DNA of 58,074 bases from Streptomyces virus Karimac (IMGVR_UViG_2974575442_000001), one strand, 5' to 3'. Positions 22,695 to 33,156 are shown, counted from the first letter of the stretch. A program made the numbers and translations. The notes: a model not told the origin generated them from the sequence alone.

Positions 22695-24431
22695 ATGTCC
22701 TATCAACTACAAGTTCTAGCAGATTCCCCATTCTCTTATTGGAAGCTAGACGGAAATGGCCCGGTGTATGACGACTCCGCAGGAAGTTTCAGACAAGCTG
22801 ATCTAACTTCTACTGCGGTGCAACACCCTGCCCTTGTATGTGGCTCAGGTAACGCTCTAGTATTGCAGAATACCAACCAACTCCAGATGGACGACCCCGT
22901 TTTCAACAAAGGCTACGAGTCCCGTCAGTTCTCTCTAGAGACATGGGTGAAGCCACTCGCCATTACTGGTGAGGTCAGCATCATGAGTCACAACTCAAAC
23001 TATGATGGTCTCACGATCACCCAGAACAGAATCTATTTCAGAACTAAGTATCTAACAGCCCCGGTGTCAGAAGTCAGCTACAAATACGACACTGCTAAGT
23101 CATTCCATGTTGTAGGAGTTCACACAGATGGAAAGAATTCTCTCTACATCGACGGACAGCTAGTTGCTGAAATCGATATGACCGACGAACAGAATGCAGA
23201 CGCATACAATTTCGTCAGCTCTGATTTGATCGCCGGGCAGTCATCAACATCATCAACCATTGCCCTTGATGCTCCAGCCATTTATGCATTTGCCCTCAGT
23301 GGAGAAACTGTTGCGAAGCATTATTCAAATGGTGTTGCAGTTGACACAAGTGAAGCCATCGCTGGATACAATGATGCCAGCCATTGGAACTTTGCGGATT
23401 CAGCTAGAAACATCGGAGTCTCTAAGCTTTGGGATACAGCGGAGTGGTCCGATGGAGCAATGACAGATATCGTTATTGCAAACGACATCATTGTTCCTTC
23501 TTACACTCAGACCGAAACGGAAGAGGTTGTTGATGGACTCATCGTTCCTGTTTATGAAAACACATCTCTCCCTGGTGTCTGGATTGGCTCAATGGAACTA
23601 GGAATGACAATTGCCGGAATCACTGATGCTGTAATCAGATATAAGGGTGAAGGATCATTCACAATTGATTGCTCAATTGATGGTGGAAGCACTTGGCAGG
23701 CGGTAACAAATGCCAACTCATTTTCCCTTACAGAAACCGATTCAATTGCAGTCCGAGTAACCTTTGCTGGTGGGATTGTGGATGACCAGAGCTATGTTGA
23801 TTGGATTCAGATTGTTGGATATGCAGACAAGGCTTTTCTCGGAACAAGAAGCGACAGAGCTGCCACCCTGAGTGGAACAGCAGTCATGGCAAGAGAATTC
23901 TACGAGCCAATTGAATATGCAGATGACAACGGAATCAAGATTCTTACTGGAAATATCGCGGTGGCAATTGATGGATCTTACAGTGGAGAAGAAGAACCAG
24001 GAGATCTCAACATCAATGGAATCGATATGTGGATCAAGCCGGTGGCTGGAAACATTATCACTGCTGGATCTGCTACTATCTCTCGCTCAGGAAACACAAT
24101 TGTATTCTCCGGATTCTCATCAGTAACGGTAAATGGCATTTCCGTAACCAGTGGCTCTACTGTGTTTGCCTCTGATAGTTGGTATCACATTGGAGGAGTC
24201 TTCACAACACCGGGCAATTACGCACTGACTATCGGTGTGGCAAACGCTCAGATTGCTCAGGCATCAGCAATCTATGGAGACATCTCTCTTGCTGGTCTAC
24301 AGCAGATGTATTCAGCATATCTAGGTCTCCCAGGACTATCAATTGACGATAGCACCATCATTGGAATTACTACTCCAGACCCAGAAGCGCTATTGTATGC
24401 GCATGTTTGGTCAATTTCTCCTGCTGGATAA
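22695..24431 (+). CDS. LamG/concanavalin-A-like domain protein (probable virion protein)
   Basis: SYWKLDG, FSLETWVKP, FHVVGVHTDGKNSLYIDGQLV. Leaderless start at ATG 22695 (TATAAT-N6-ATG). Confidence 0.8.
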   Translation: MSYQLQVLADSPFSYWKLDGNGPVYDDSAGSFRQADLTSTAVQHPALVCGSGNALVLQNTNQLQMDDPVFNKGYESRQFSLETWVKPLAITGEVSIMSHNSNYDGLTITQNRIYFRTKYLTAPVSEVSYKYDTAKSFHVVGVHTDGKNSLYIDGQLVAEIDMTDEQNADAYNFVSSDLIAGQSSTSSTIALDAPAIYAFALSGETVAKHYSNGVAVDTSEAIAGYNDASHWNFADSARNIGVSKLWDTAEWSDGAMTDIVIANDIIVPSYTQTETEEVVDGLIVPVYENTSLPGVWIGSMELGMTIAGITDAVIRYKGEGSFTIDCSIDGGSTWQAVTNANSFSLTETDSIAVRVTFAGGIVDDQSYVDWIQIVGYADKAFLGTRSDRAATLSGTAVMAREFYEPIEYADDNGIKILTGNIAVAIDGSYSGEEEPGDLNINGIDMWIKPVAGNIITAGSATISRSGNTIVFSGFSSVTVNGISVTSGSTVFASDSWYHIGGVFTTPGNYALTIGVANAQIAQASAIYGDISLAGLQQMYSAYLGLPGLSIDDSTIIGITTPDPEALLYAHVWSISPAG

Positions 24432-24435
24432 GCAT

Positions 24436-24461
24436 GTGGCCCCAATGTCGGGGCCACTTTT
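24436..24461 (+). terminator. Intrinsic terminator
   Basis: GTGGCCCC-AATGTC-GGGGCCAC-TTTT. Confidence 0.75.
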
Positions 24462-24494
24462 GCTTTTTAATGCCAATGTCCTTATGATATGTCC

Positions 24495-24830
24495 ATGAAG
24501 AAGCAAAGAATGCAGGTAGTAGACGAAGCCGCTTACGGAGTTTACGTCTGGGAAATGCCTAATGGTCAGTGGGTTGGAGACGACGAAGGAAACTGGCTCT
24601 CCATCGCAGCCATGAAGGATGACCCAAAGCGTATTAACGAGCTTACTCAGGCTGTTCGTCACTACGGGATTATGGCCGGAAAGCCAGTATTCCTTTCAGG
24701 ACATCGCAAGATTGACGATGATGAATTCGAATACCAGAAGCAGCGTCAGGCTTTCGGACTAATTCCAGATGAGAACGATATTCCTGCTCTAGTAAGCGAG
24801 CAGATTTACAAGGAGAACAATGGCCGATAA
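24495..24830 (+). CDS. Hypothetical protein upstream of the portal gene
   Basis: Leaderless ATG 24495 (TATGAT-N6). Confidence 0.8.
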   Translation: MKKQRMQVVDEAAYGVYVWEMPNGQWVGDDEGNWLSIAAMKDDPKRINELTQAVRHYGIMAGKPVFLSGHRKIDDDEFEYQKQRQAFGLIPDENDIPALVSEQIYKENNGR

Positions 24831-26391
24831 TCGAGTTGTAGAGGCAGAAGAGGAACAGTTCATTGAGGTCTCCCTAGGCAATGAAGTCTCCAGAACAATT
24901 GATCACGATCCTGATCCATTTCTGAGAAAGGCTTCTGAGATCAAGGAGATGGATGGGCTATCACGTTCCTTCAAGATCAGTACCACGAAGCAGATCAATA
25001 AGTTCTATCGTGGTACAGATGGTGCTGCCTCAAAGAAAATTGAGACGGAGGACATCACTGGATACAATGCATTCAAGGTAATCCTTCCGCCATACAACCT
25101 CGATTATCTTGCGAAGCTATATGAAGTGTCTCCTCCACATTACTCAGCAGTAAAGGCTAAGGTAGCTAACATCGTTGGACTTGGTTACGATCTCGTAGAA
25201 AGCCCGGCGACCAAGCAGGCCCTAGATAAGATTGATGGAGAAGAGAAGACAAAGAAGGCCAGAGCCAAGCTTGAAAGAGAAAAGCAGCGTCTAATGGATT
25301 GGATCGCTAGCTGCAATGAGGAAGATGACTTCATTGAAACTCTGATTAAGGTTTGGACAGACTACGAGGTTACTGGAAACGGCTACCTTGAAATCGGCAG
25401 AAAGAACACTGGAGAAATTGGCTACATTGGCCACGTTCCTTCAACCAGTATGCGAATCCGACAGGCAAGAGACGGCTTTGTTCAGATCATTTCAAACAAG
25501 GCAGTATTCTTCCGTAACTTCGGAGACGACAAGACGACTGATCCAGTTGGAGGAGACAGCAGACCTAATGAAGTAATCCACATCAAGAAGTATGCACCAA
25601 GCAATGGATTCTATGGAATCCCTGACATTGTTGCTGCAAAGGCCGCTGTGGCAGGTAATGAATTTGCCACGCGATTCAATCTTGATTACTTCGAGAATAA
25701 GGCTGTTCCACGTTATGTGATCATCATTAAGGGCGGAAAGCTTTCTCCAGCAGCAGAGCGAAGGATTACTGAATTCTTCCAGACTTCTCTAAAGGGGAAG
25801 AATCACAGAACTCTGTATGTTCCTCTGCCACCTGACGAGCAGGATCGAAAGACATCATTTGAAATGAAGCCGGTGGAAGCTGGAACCCAGGATTCATCAT
25901 TCAATAATTACCGTAAGGGAAACCTGAATGATATCCTCATGGCTCACCGAGTTCCTATCTCAAAGGTCGGTCTTGCAGAGGGTGTGAGCCTAGCAGTTGC
26001 AAGAGATGCTGATAAGACTTTCAAGGAGCAGGTCTGCCGTCCAGAACAGACTATCTTTGAAAACAAGCTGAACAAGATCATGCGTGAAGTTACCGACGTA
26101 TTCCTTATTCACCTCAATGAGCTATCTCTTACTGACGAAGATACGCAGAGCAAGATTGATGAGAGAGCCATTAGAAACCAGTGGATGACTCCAAACGAGA
26201 TTCGCGCTCGTAAGGGCATGCCTGGTCTAGATGGTGGTGACAAGGTGGTCGAGCAGAAGCCTCAACAGCAGGCCGAGGCAAGGGCTCAGACAAATCAAAC
26301 AAGGCAGCGTGACGCGGAACGCTCAGCCAACTCTCCAGATAACTCAGGAGAGGGAAGAAACGCTAAGGGTGACGGAAGGCAAGTTCAGTGA
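24820..26391 (+). CDS. Portal protein
   Basis: DYEVTGNGYLEI, EVIHIKKY...FYGIPD, FNLDYFENKAVP, WMTPNEIRARKGM; first gene of the head module. Confidence 0.93.
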   Translation: MADNRVVEAEEEQFIEVSLGNEVSRTIDHDPDPFLRKASEIKEMDGLSRSFKISTTKQINKFYRGTDGAASKKIETEDITGYNAFKVILPPYNLDYLAKLYEVSPPHYSAVKAKVANIVGLGYDLVESPATKQALDKIDGEEKTKKARAKLEREKQRLMDWIASCNEEDDFIETLIKVWTDYEVTGNGYLEIGRKNTGEIGYIGHVPSTSMRIRQARDGFVQIISNKAVFFRNFGDDKTTDPVGGDSRPNEVIHIKKYAPSNGFYGIPDIVAAKAAVAGNEFATRFNLDYFENKAVPRYVIIIKGGKLSPAAERRITEFFQTSLKGKNHRTLYVPLPPDEQDRKTSFEMKPVEAGTQDSSFNNYRKGNLNDILMAHRVPISKVGLAEGVSLAVARDADKTFKEQVCRPEQTIFENKLNKIMREVTDVFLIHLNELSLTDEDTQSKIDERAIRNQWMTPNEIRARKGMPGLDGGDKVVEQKPQQQAEARAQTNQTRQRDAERSANSPDNSGEGRNAKGDGRQVQ

Positions 26392-26846
26392 CAAGTAAGA
26401 TCTGGTACAAGACAGATGAAATTGCCCGTGGACTAAGGAAGCCAATCAATACAGCCGCAATCTCTATCATGGGAACATATACTTTCGTGTGGGGATTGTG
26501 GCTGGCCCTTCCTTGGGCAACATTCAATAGAAGTCCAATTTACGAATTCATGGAAGGCTTGGCTCCAGAACTACTCTGGGGCATTACAGCAATGTGCATT
26601 GGAACACTTATGCTTCGAGGAGTATGGAAGCAGAGCTATCGACCACTGCACACAGGCGCGGCGGCAGGATTCTACTACTGGTTTGTCATCGCAGTATTCT
26701 ATATCCTTGGCTCTTGGGAGTCAGTAGGATGGATTAATGCATTTATGGTAAGCCTCTACTGTGCCTTCGTAGCCATCAATTTGAGGGTCAACAGGAAGTT
26801 TATTGATCCTGAGTTGCATGATAATAACAAAGTCAATACTATATGA
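26388..26846 (+). CDS. Four-TM membrane protein
   Basis: Four hydrophobic segments; GTGA coupled to the portal gene. Confidence 0.75.
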   Translation: MTSKIWYKTDEIARGLRKPINTAAISIMGTYTFVWGLWLALPWATFNRSPIYEFMEGLAPELLWGITAMCIGTLMLRGVWKQSYRPLHTGAAAGFYYWFVIAVFYILGSWESVGWINAFMVSLYCAFVAINLRVNRKFIDPELHDNNKVNTI

Positions 26847-26848
26847 AC

Positions 26849-28135
26849 ATGAAGATTGAAAAGGCATCCTGGCATTCTGATGGAGATAATCTCCGTCTGA
26901 CTATGCCAATTGCGAAGTATGATGCGGAGACTCGTCAGGTCAGTGGATTTGCCACTCTTGACAACTTCGACTCACACGGCGACATTGTGCTAGCTGAGGC
27001 TAGCCAAAAGGCGTTTTCACGATTCCGTGGAAACATCCGTGAGATGCATCAGCCAATCGCGGTGGGAAAGATGGTCGATTTCAGGGAAGAAGAATTCTAC
27101 GACCCAACGTCCGAGAAGTTCTACCGTGGCATTTTCGCAACTGTCTATGTTTCAAAGGGTGCTCAGGACACATGGGAAAAGGTACTTGACGGTACTCTTA
27201 CTGGTTTCAGTATCGGTGGAAACATCGTTGACGCAGAAACCCAGTGGAATAAGGATGCCGAGACTAACGTAAGATTCATCAAGGACTATGAGCTTATCGA
27301 GCTTTCTCTTGTAGACAATCCTGCTAATCAGCTAGCCAATGTATTCAGTATTCAGAAGACTGCTGATGGTCAGGTGATGAAGGGAATGGTCGCAGAAACT
27401 TCCGTAGAGAATGTCTTTTGGTGTCCAAAGGATGAAATCGCAAAGACGACCGCTGACGACTCATATGCATGTCCGGTATGCGACAAGTCAATGCAGAACG
27501 TTGGCTGGTTTGAAACCGATTCCACTTCTCGTTCTGAGAAGATGGCCAAGGTAATCAACGAATTTAGAAATTCTTCTGACACAGAGGACACTCACGAAGG
27601 AGGTGCAGAACAAGTGACTAAGGGAAATGAAGGCGATGCTGTTGCAGAGCAGGGTCGCGCCGAATCAGAGACTCCAGTTGAGGAATCAACAACTGAGAAT
27701 GCTCCAGAGGTTGAGGCCGATGGAACTGTTGAGTCCGGTGAGGAAACAGCAGCAGAGGTTGACGAAGGTGGCGCAGAGGAGCCAAACTTCGAGAAGATGC
27801 TAGAGCAGGTCCAGGAAACAATTAAGAAGGGCCTAGAGCAGACTCGTGAGGCCACTGCCGAGGAAATTAAGGCTATCGAGGGCAAGGTTGAGGAAATCAA
27901 CAAGGCTTTCGACTCTAAGTTTACTGAGCTAGTCGAAAAGCACGGCGAACTCAGCGAAAAGTTTGACAGCCTTTCCAAGCAGGCTGATGACGTTACAAAG
28001 CGTCTAGACAGCGTAGAAAAGGAAACGGCTATTAAGAAGTCCGGCGACGTTGGCGCGTCAAAGGAAGAGACCATTACCAAGGGTAACGGCTCAAAGTGGG
28101 GCGGACACTTCCTCAGTGTATCCGACATCAAGTAA
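26849..28135 (+). CDS. Prohead protease with a C-terminal scaffold-like domain
   Basis: VSGFAT...IREMHQ...GFSIGG...ELSLVDNPAN, then an acidic coiled-coil tail. Likely leaderless ATG 26849. Confidence 0.88.
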   Translation: MKIEKASWHSDGDNLRLTMPIAKYDAETRQVSGFATLDNFDSHGDIVLAEASQKAFSRFRGNIREMHQPIAVGKMVDFREEEFYDPTSEKFYRGIFATVYVSKGAQDTWEKVLDGTLTGFSIGGNIVDAETQWNKDAETNVRFIKDYELIELSLVDNPANQLANVFSIQKTADGQVMKGMVAETSVENVFWCPKDEIAKTTADDSYACPVCDKSMQNVGWFETDSTSRSEKMAKVINEFRNSSDTEDTHEGGAEQVTKGNEGDAVAEQGRAESETPVEESTTENAPEVEADGTVESGEETAAEVDEGGAEEPNFEKMLEQVQETIKKGLEQTREATAEEIKAIEGKVEEINKAFDSKFTELVEKHGELSEKFDSLSKQADDVTKRLDSVEKETAIKKSGDVGASKEETITKGNGSKWGGHFLSVSDIK

Positions 28136-28167
28136 ATCTTTGAAAGGAAAAGAGGTGAACAACAACT

Positions 28168-29163
28168 ATGAGCGATGAGCTAATTGAAAAGGTCATTCGT
28201 ACTACTGAGGTAGCATCTGGTGGCGGTGGTCTGCTAAACGCAGAGCAGTCTAACCGATTCATCGATTACATGTGGGAAGCCACTGTTCTCGGTACCCAGG
28301 TTCGTACCATCCGTATGAGAGCCGATACAGTTGACATTGACAAGCTCGGAATTGGTGAGCGTCTAATGAGAGTAGCTACAGAGGCCGTTGACGACGGTGT
28401 AAACGCTGGAGCGACCTTCTCTAAGATTTCTCTTACCACCAAGAAGCTTCGTCTAGACTGGGAAATCTCCACGGAGTCCCTTGAGGACAACATCGAGGGT
28501 GACGCCCTTGAAGACCACATTGCACGTCTAATGGCTACTCAGGCCGGTAACGACCTTGAGGATCTAGCAATTAATGGTGACACTGCCCTAACCGGTAATC
28601 CACTACTAAAGGCTTTCGATGGATGGCGCAAGCGTGCTCTTGCTGGAGGTCATGTAATTGACCACGGCGGAAACGGTGTAGACCGTTCAGTCTTCAACAA
28701 GGCTCTTAAGGCCATGCCACGTAAGTACATGCAGCGTCGTAACGGTCTTAAGTTCTTCACTGGTTCAAATGTAATTCAGGACTACCTATTCAGCCTACAG
28801 AACACTTCTGCTGACTACGTTACTCCAGAGGCCCTAGCGGCTGCGGGTATCAACAGTGGTGTACGTACTGAGGGTCCTGCCGGTTTCACTACCGGAAATG
28901 CATTCGGTATCCCAGTGCAGGAGGTTCCACTATTTGAGGAAACCCTTGATGGTGACTACTCAGGTGCTTCTGGCGACCACGCAGATGTATGGCTAACATT
29001 CCCTAACAACATGCTATGGGGTGTTAAGCGTGAGGTCCAGATCTTCACCGAGTTCAAGCCTAAGAAGGACACCACGGAGTACACAATGTACTGCCGTGTA
29101 GGTACTCAGATTGAGAACGCCGACGCATTCGTTGTCGTTAAGAACGTCAAGATTGCATCCTAA
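28168..29163 (+). CDS. Major capsid protein (HK97 fold)
   Basis: Follows the protease; GAGGTGA SD; GGLLNAEQSNRFID and ESLEDNIEG...GNDLEDLAING; strong downstream terminator. Confidence 0.92.
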   Translation: MSDELIEKVIRTTEVASGGGGLLNAEQSNRFIDYMWEATVLGTQVRTIRMRADTVDIDKLGIGERLMRVATEAVDDGVNAGATFSKISLTTKKLRLDWEISTESLEDNIEGDALEDHIARLMATQAGNDLEDLAINGDTALTGNPLLKAFDGWRKRALAGGHVIDHGGNGVDRSVFNKALKAMPRKYMQRRNGLKFFTGSNVIQDYLFSLQNTSADYVTPEALAAAGINSGVRTEGPAGFTTGNAFGIPVQEVPLFEETLDGDYSGASGDHADVWLTFPNNMLWGVKREVQIFTEFKPKKDTTEYTMYCRVGTQIENADAFVVVKNVKIAS

Positions 29164-29181
29164 TTCGTTAGGTGACACAAT

Positions 29182-29208
29182 GGAAGGAGGGCTTCGGCCC
29201 TCCTTTCT
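29182..29208 (+). terminator. Intrinsic terminator after the capsid gene
   Basis: GGAAGGAGGGC-TTCG-GCCCTCCTTTC. Confidence 0.85.
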
Positions 29209-29235
29209 GTGTTATAATCGTCCTATGGAGGAAAT

Positions 29236-29631
29236 ATGAGTTACAACAAGATGAAGGTGGACGAGCTTCGAGAGCTAGCAGATGCTTATGCAGTTGACGT
29301 TGAACCTTCCGACAACAAGTCAGTGATCATCAATAAGCTAATTGAAAGCGGTGTCACATTTGACTATCACCAGGCTCAGGTAAAGGCGGCAGAAGGTGCT
29401 GAGAAGATTCAGCCAGCCCCGGTGTTTGATGAGCCAGCGGAAGACGACGGTACAAGTAAGATTCTACTAAGAATGACCAGAGCTAATGGAACATTCGAAG
29501 TGCGCGGAGCACGATTCACCCAGACCAATCCTTACGCCCTTGTTGCTGAAAGAGATGCAGATTACATTATCGAATCCTATGAGGGGTTCCGCATCGCTTC
29601 ACCAAGAGAAGTAAAGGAATTCTATAGCTGA
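29236..29631 (+). CDS. Hypothetical virion-module protein with an N-terminal Rho_N/SAP-like helical motif
   Basis: MKVDELRELADAYAV...KSVIINKL; GGAGG SD. Confidence 0.7.
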   Translation: MSYNKMKVDELRELADAYAVDVEPSDNKSVIINKLIESGVTFDYHQAQVKAAEGAEKIQPAPVFDEPAEDDGTSKILLRMTRANGTFEVRGARFTQTNPYALVAERDADYIIESYEGFRIASPREVKEFYS

Positions 29632-29688
29632 TAAGAGGCCCCTCGGGGCCTCTTTGCTATTTAACCTTCGAGGATCTATAATTCATTC

Positions 29689-30558
29689 ATGGAAATTTAC
29701 AGAGACACTTCTGGCGTGGCTACGCTGGAGCATCCAGTTACAGGAACGCTAACCGCTGATATTTATCGCGGTGACGAAGTGCTTTCTACAAACCTACCAG
29801 TAACGTCATCCAACGGAATTCACACTGTCCAAATCAACTGGCAGTACACAGAATACGATGGAACGTTGAAGATCGTATGGAAGCAGACAGGATTTCAGCG
29901 AGTCACTTGGGTTGATATTGTGACTCCGATTGTTCCTCTTTCTGCACTGAACAATCTTCTAGATGGCGTATCCACAGAAGACCAGTACGACGCAGAAAGG
30001 ATCGTACGAAGGATCATTGAGGTTTACACTGGGCAGACTTTCGGAAAGTTCAGAGGAACCAAGGAAGTCACAGGTAACGACAGCACTCAGCTAGCCCTTC
30101 CAACGCCTCTCCTGTCATTTACAAATATGTCAGACGATATGTTCGTCTACGAGCCTTCTTCATTTGTTATCAGAGGTGAAGGATGGTTCCTAGGAGGAAA
30201 GCCCGGCGCGTACTGGACGATCAAGGATGCACCACCTGATGATGTCCTTGATGAGTTCAACAATGTAATCTACGCACCAGGCGTTGTTCCGAAGAGAGAC
30301 TTTAAGTACACATCTGTTTACACAATCATTGGTGACTGGGGATATGAATCAGTTCCCGTCGCAGTTGTTGAAGCAGCAAAGCTATTGATTTCAGATTACG
30401 CTTGCCAGGACAGTGCCTACAGAGATAAGTACCTCAATTCAATGAAGGCTGCCGACTGGAGAATTGAATACACTCAGGCGGCATATGACGGAACTGGAAA
30501 CCTAAAGGCAGATCAGCTTCTAAATCCATATAAGCTAAGCAACATGGTGGTAATATGA
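29689..30558 (+). CDS. Head-to-tail adaptor
   Basis: Position; AERIVRRIIEVYTGQTF and GDWGYESVPVAVVEAAKLL; leaderless start. Confidence 0.75.
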   Translation: MEIYRDTSGVATLEHPVTGTLTADIYRGDEVLSTNLPVTSSNGIHTVQINWQYTEYDGTLKIVWKQTGFQRVTWVDIVTPIVPLSALNNLLDGVSTEDQYDAERIVRRIIEVYTGQTFGKFRGTKEVTGNDSTQLALPTPLLSFTNMSDDMFVYEPSSFVIRGEGWFLGGKPGAYWTIKDAPPDDVLDEFNNVIYAPGVVPKRDFKYTSVYTIIGDWGYESVPVAVVEAAKLLISDYACQDSAYRDKYLNSMKAADWRIEYTQAAYDGTGNLKADQLLNPYKLSNMVVI

Positions 30559-31049
30559 GCTGCCTCATTTCATCAAGGTTCAATATGCGGGCAACTGTTC
30601 TTCGTCAGGCAGGAACCAATCCACAGGAAAATCCCGGTGGACATTGGGAGACTGTGCAAGATCCAGATTCTGGCGCAATTGAAAGAGTATGGGTACCAGA
30701 CGAAGACAACACTACACCTGGGGACCAGACCCTTGTTATCAAGTGTATGGTAAGAGGTGTAACAAATGGAGGTATTCGTGCAGCAGGAACCACTCAGAGG
30801 TTTTCTGAAATCTATGAAAATGTTGACTGGGCGATCATTCAATTCCCTGCATCAGTTGTTCTCAGCAAGTACGACAGAGTTACCAACATCTCAAACTCAA
30901 AGGGACAGCTCATCTGGCGAGAAGAAGAAATCAATCAAGCGCCAGCTACTGTATTCCAAGTTATGGGATCTACTCCCGTAATCGATCCATTCGGAAATCA
31001 TATCGAGAATACAGCACTATTGCAGAGGGCACAGGTTCAGAGTGGCTAA
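30555..31049 (+). CDS. Head-to-tail stopper/closure protein
   Basis: Synteny and size; ATGA coupling. Confidence 0.65.
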   Translation: MSCLISSRFNMRATVLRQAGTNPQENPGGHWETVQDPDSGAIERVWVPDEDNTTPGDQTLVIKCMVRGVTNGGIRAAGTTQRFSEIYENVDWAIIQFPASVVLSKYDRVTNISNSKGQLIWREEEINQAPATVFQVMGSTPVIDPFGNHIENTALLQRAQVQSG

Positions 31050-31830
31050 GGGCAAGGCATTCGTCGGAGTAACAGCAGATACGACAGAAGTCAGTGCACT
31101 CACTGGCTTCCTGTCTACTTTGTCTACTCAAATCAAGGCTGATGTCAACATGGCTCCGGTACTCGATTATGCTCACTCAGCAATGTCATCAAAGTTTGAT
31201 GCATATATGTCAGCTATCGCACCAACGGCACCTAACCAGTTCCATCACGTATACGACTGGGGAAGAATCGGTGTACCGCAGAATCAGCTTTGGAAGAATG
31301 TTATCCGAGGACGTGGAGCCAACAAGTATGCTTCATTTGAATTCAGAGCATCTGTGCTGCCTGTGCCACTACCAGAAGGAAACAAGAAGCCTTTCATGCG
31401 CAAGCACAGATTCATCTACAAGGCTATGATCATGGAATACAACATCGGTGTCACAGTGAAGCCTAAGAGAGCTAAGATGCTTGCGTTCCCTAACGAGCGT
31501 GGTGACATCATTTTCACAAAGGGTCCAGTGTTCGTGCAAAATCCCGGTGGAATGGGAACAACTGGTGCGTTCACTGCTGCATGGTCCAATTGGTGGGGTG
31601 GAGCAGGAGCAGACCAAGTATTCAAGAGCGAAATTCAGCGTGTACTGGAAAGAGATCTCGGCGGTAGCGCTCTATCAAGATTCATGAGAAGATTCAAGAA
31701 GGCAAAGTTCAGAACTGGTCGAATTGCTGTGGCAGATTCAAAGTCAGCAATGGCAGACGGCTCACGACTAGCCCTTGAATTCCTACAGGAAAGAAACAGA
31801 AAGAACGAAGCGAGGAGGAAGGCACAATGA
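31042..31830 (+). CDS. Neck/tail-completion region protein
   Basis: Synteny only. Confidence 0.55.
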   Translation: MAKGKAFVGVTADTTEVSALTGFLSTLSTQIKADVNMAPVLDYAHSAMSSKFDAYMSAIAPTAPNQFHHVYDWGRIGVPQNQLWKNVIRGRGANKYASFEFRASVLPVPLPEGNKKPFMRKHRFIYKAMIMEYNIGVTVKPKRAKMLAFPNERGDIIFTKGPVFVQNPGGMGTTGAFTAAWSNWWGGAGADQVFKSEIQRVLERDLGGSALSRFMRRFKKAKFRTGRIAVADSKSAMADGSRLALEFLQERNRKNEARRKAQ

Positions 31831-32330
31831 CATACGACATTACAGCGACACACGCACTCAATAAGTTTCTTGTTGATCAGCTAAGTGGAGAGAATCTAAT
31901 TGATCTGACAAAGTACAATGGTCTATCACCATTCATTCCGGCGCAGCAGCAGCCAGAGCTTACAAACCTGCCCTCTGGTGTTCCGTTCTTTGTTTACAAT
32001 TACGCATCTAATGGCGAATACGAAGACTGGTGGCTTGAGCATGAGCAGGCTGCGTACATTATCTACTCTGATAATGAGAAGCAGATCAGACAGATCTCTA
32101 ACTATCTGAATCAACTACTCAAGAGGTACGACTGGGCAGCAGATGACATCAATGATTATCTAAGAGAGTTCGGAAGTGCAGAACAAAAGAAGTTCGAATT
32201 CAAGTACACCAGAGTGATCAGCATGGCATCAATCGAACCGGCGACAGAAGAAGGCGGACGATATGCAGGATCAATCACTGTAAATCTATGCTTCACCTCT
32301 CAGTTGAACCAAGAGGGTATGCGAGTCTAA
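31827..32330 (+). CDS. Tail terminator-like protein
   Basis: Immediately upstream of the major tail gene; size. Confidence 0.6.
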   Translation: MTYDITATHALNKFLVDQLSGENLIDLTKYNGLSPFIPAQQQPELTNLPSGVPFFVYNYASNGEYEDWWLEHEQAAYIIYSDNEKQIRQISNYLNQLLKRYDWAADDINDYLREFGSAEQKKFEFKYTRVISMASIEPATEEGGRYAGSITVNLCFTSQLNQEGMRV

Positions 32331-32436
32331 CGCATTCGCATGATAATCAATCTTCATATACTATGAAGGCAATTGAGGAAGTGTGTCTAGCCAGCACAAA
32401 CGATATACTTTTTCAGAAAAGAGGTGAAAAGCAAAT

Positions 32437-33060
32437 ATGACGTACAAGGTTAAGAACATTATCATTGGTGCCGCTGCCGTTTACCTTTCAGCAGAAGACT
32501 CTACTGAATGGACCAGTGCACCTGCCCTTCCAACCGTATCCGGAACTGGTAGCTATGTTCCTGCGCTAGATGGATCTGCCAACTGGCGACACACAGGATT
32601 TACCAGTGAGGGTGTTGAGGTTTCTTACGAGCCAGACTACGGTGAGGTAGAGGTTGACCAGCTCCTTGACTCCGCGAAGCTATTCAAGCAGTCCATGCGA
32701 GTTATGGTAAACACTACTTTCTCTGAGGCAACTCTTGAGAATCTTCTAGTCGTTTGGGGACAGCAGAATGATACCTACGACACCACTGCAACTGAGGAAA
32801 CTCTAGCTATTGCAGCAGGTTCTCTAGGAGACGAGCCAACCGAGCGTTCCGTAGCATTCGTTGGTCCTGCGCCACGAGCTGATGCAGGAACTAAGCGAGA
32901 GCGTATTTACCACGTAAGACGTGCTCTATCAATCGAGTCTTCTTCTCACTCACTGAGGAGAAATGAGGCCACGGTATTCCCAGTCTCATTCCGTCTACTT
33001 CCAGATCCAAGCTTCTCAGGACAGGAATACGGTGTGATCAAGGACAGGAACATCGCCTAA
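32437..33060 (+). CDS. Major tail protein
   Basis: IIIGAAAVY, GFTSEGVEVSYEP and VNTTFSEATLENL; GAGGTGA SD; downstream terminator. Confidence 0.88.
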   Translation: MTYKVKNIIIGAAAVYLSAEDSTEWTSAPALPTVSGTGSYVPALDGSANWRHTGFTSEGVEVSYEPDYGEVEVDQLLDSAKLFKQSMRVMVNTTFSEATLENLLVVWGQQNDTYDTTATEETLAIAAGSLGDEPTERSVAFVGPAPRADAGTKRERIYHVRRALSIESSSHSLRRNEATVFPVSFRLLPDPSFSGQEYGVIKDRNIA

Positions 33061-33079
33061 TACAACGACTTTCAGCGTT

Positions 33080-33100
33080 AGCCCCCGAAAGGGGGCTTTC
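33080..33100 (+). terminator. Intrinsic terminator after the major tail gene
   Basis: AGCCCCC-GAAA-GGGGGCT-TTC. Confidence 0.8.
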
Positions 33101-33156
33101 GCATTTTGGATTGTGACAATCCGTTGATATAATGATGTCAAACACTAGGAGGAAAA

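Noticed and set aside
27592-28131. 179-aa - strand ORF and other short - strand ORFs in the structural region
   Set aside because: Antisense to clear head and tail genes; no expression signals.
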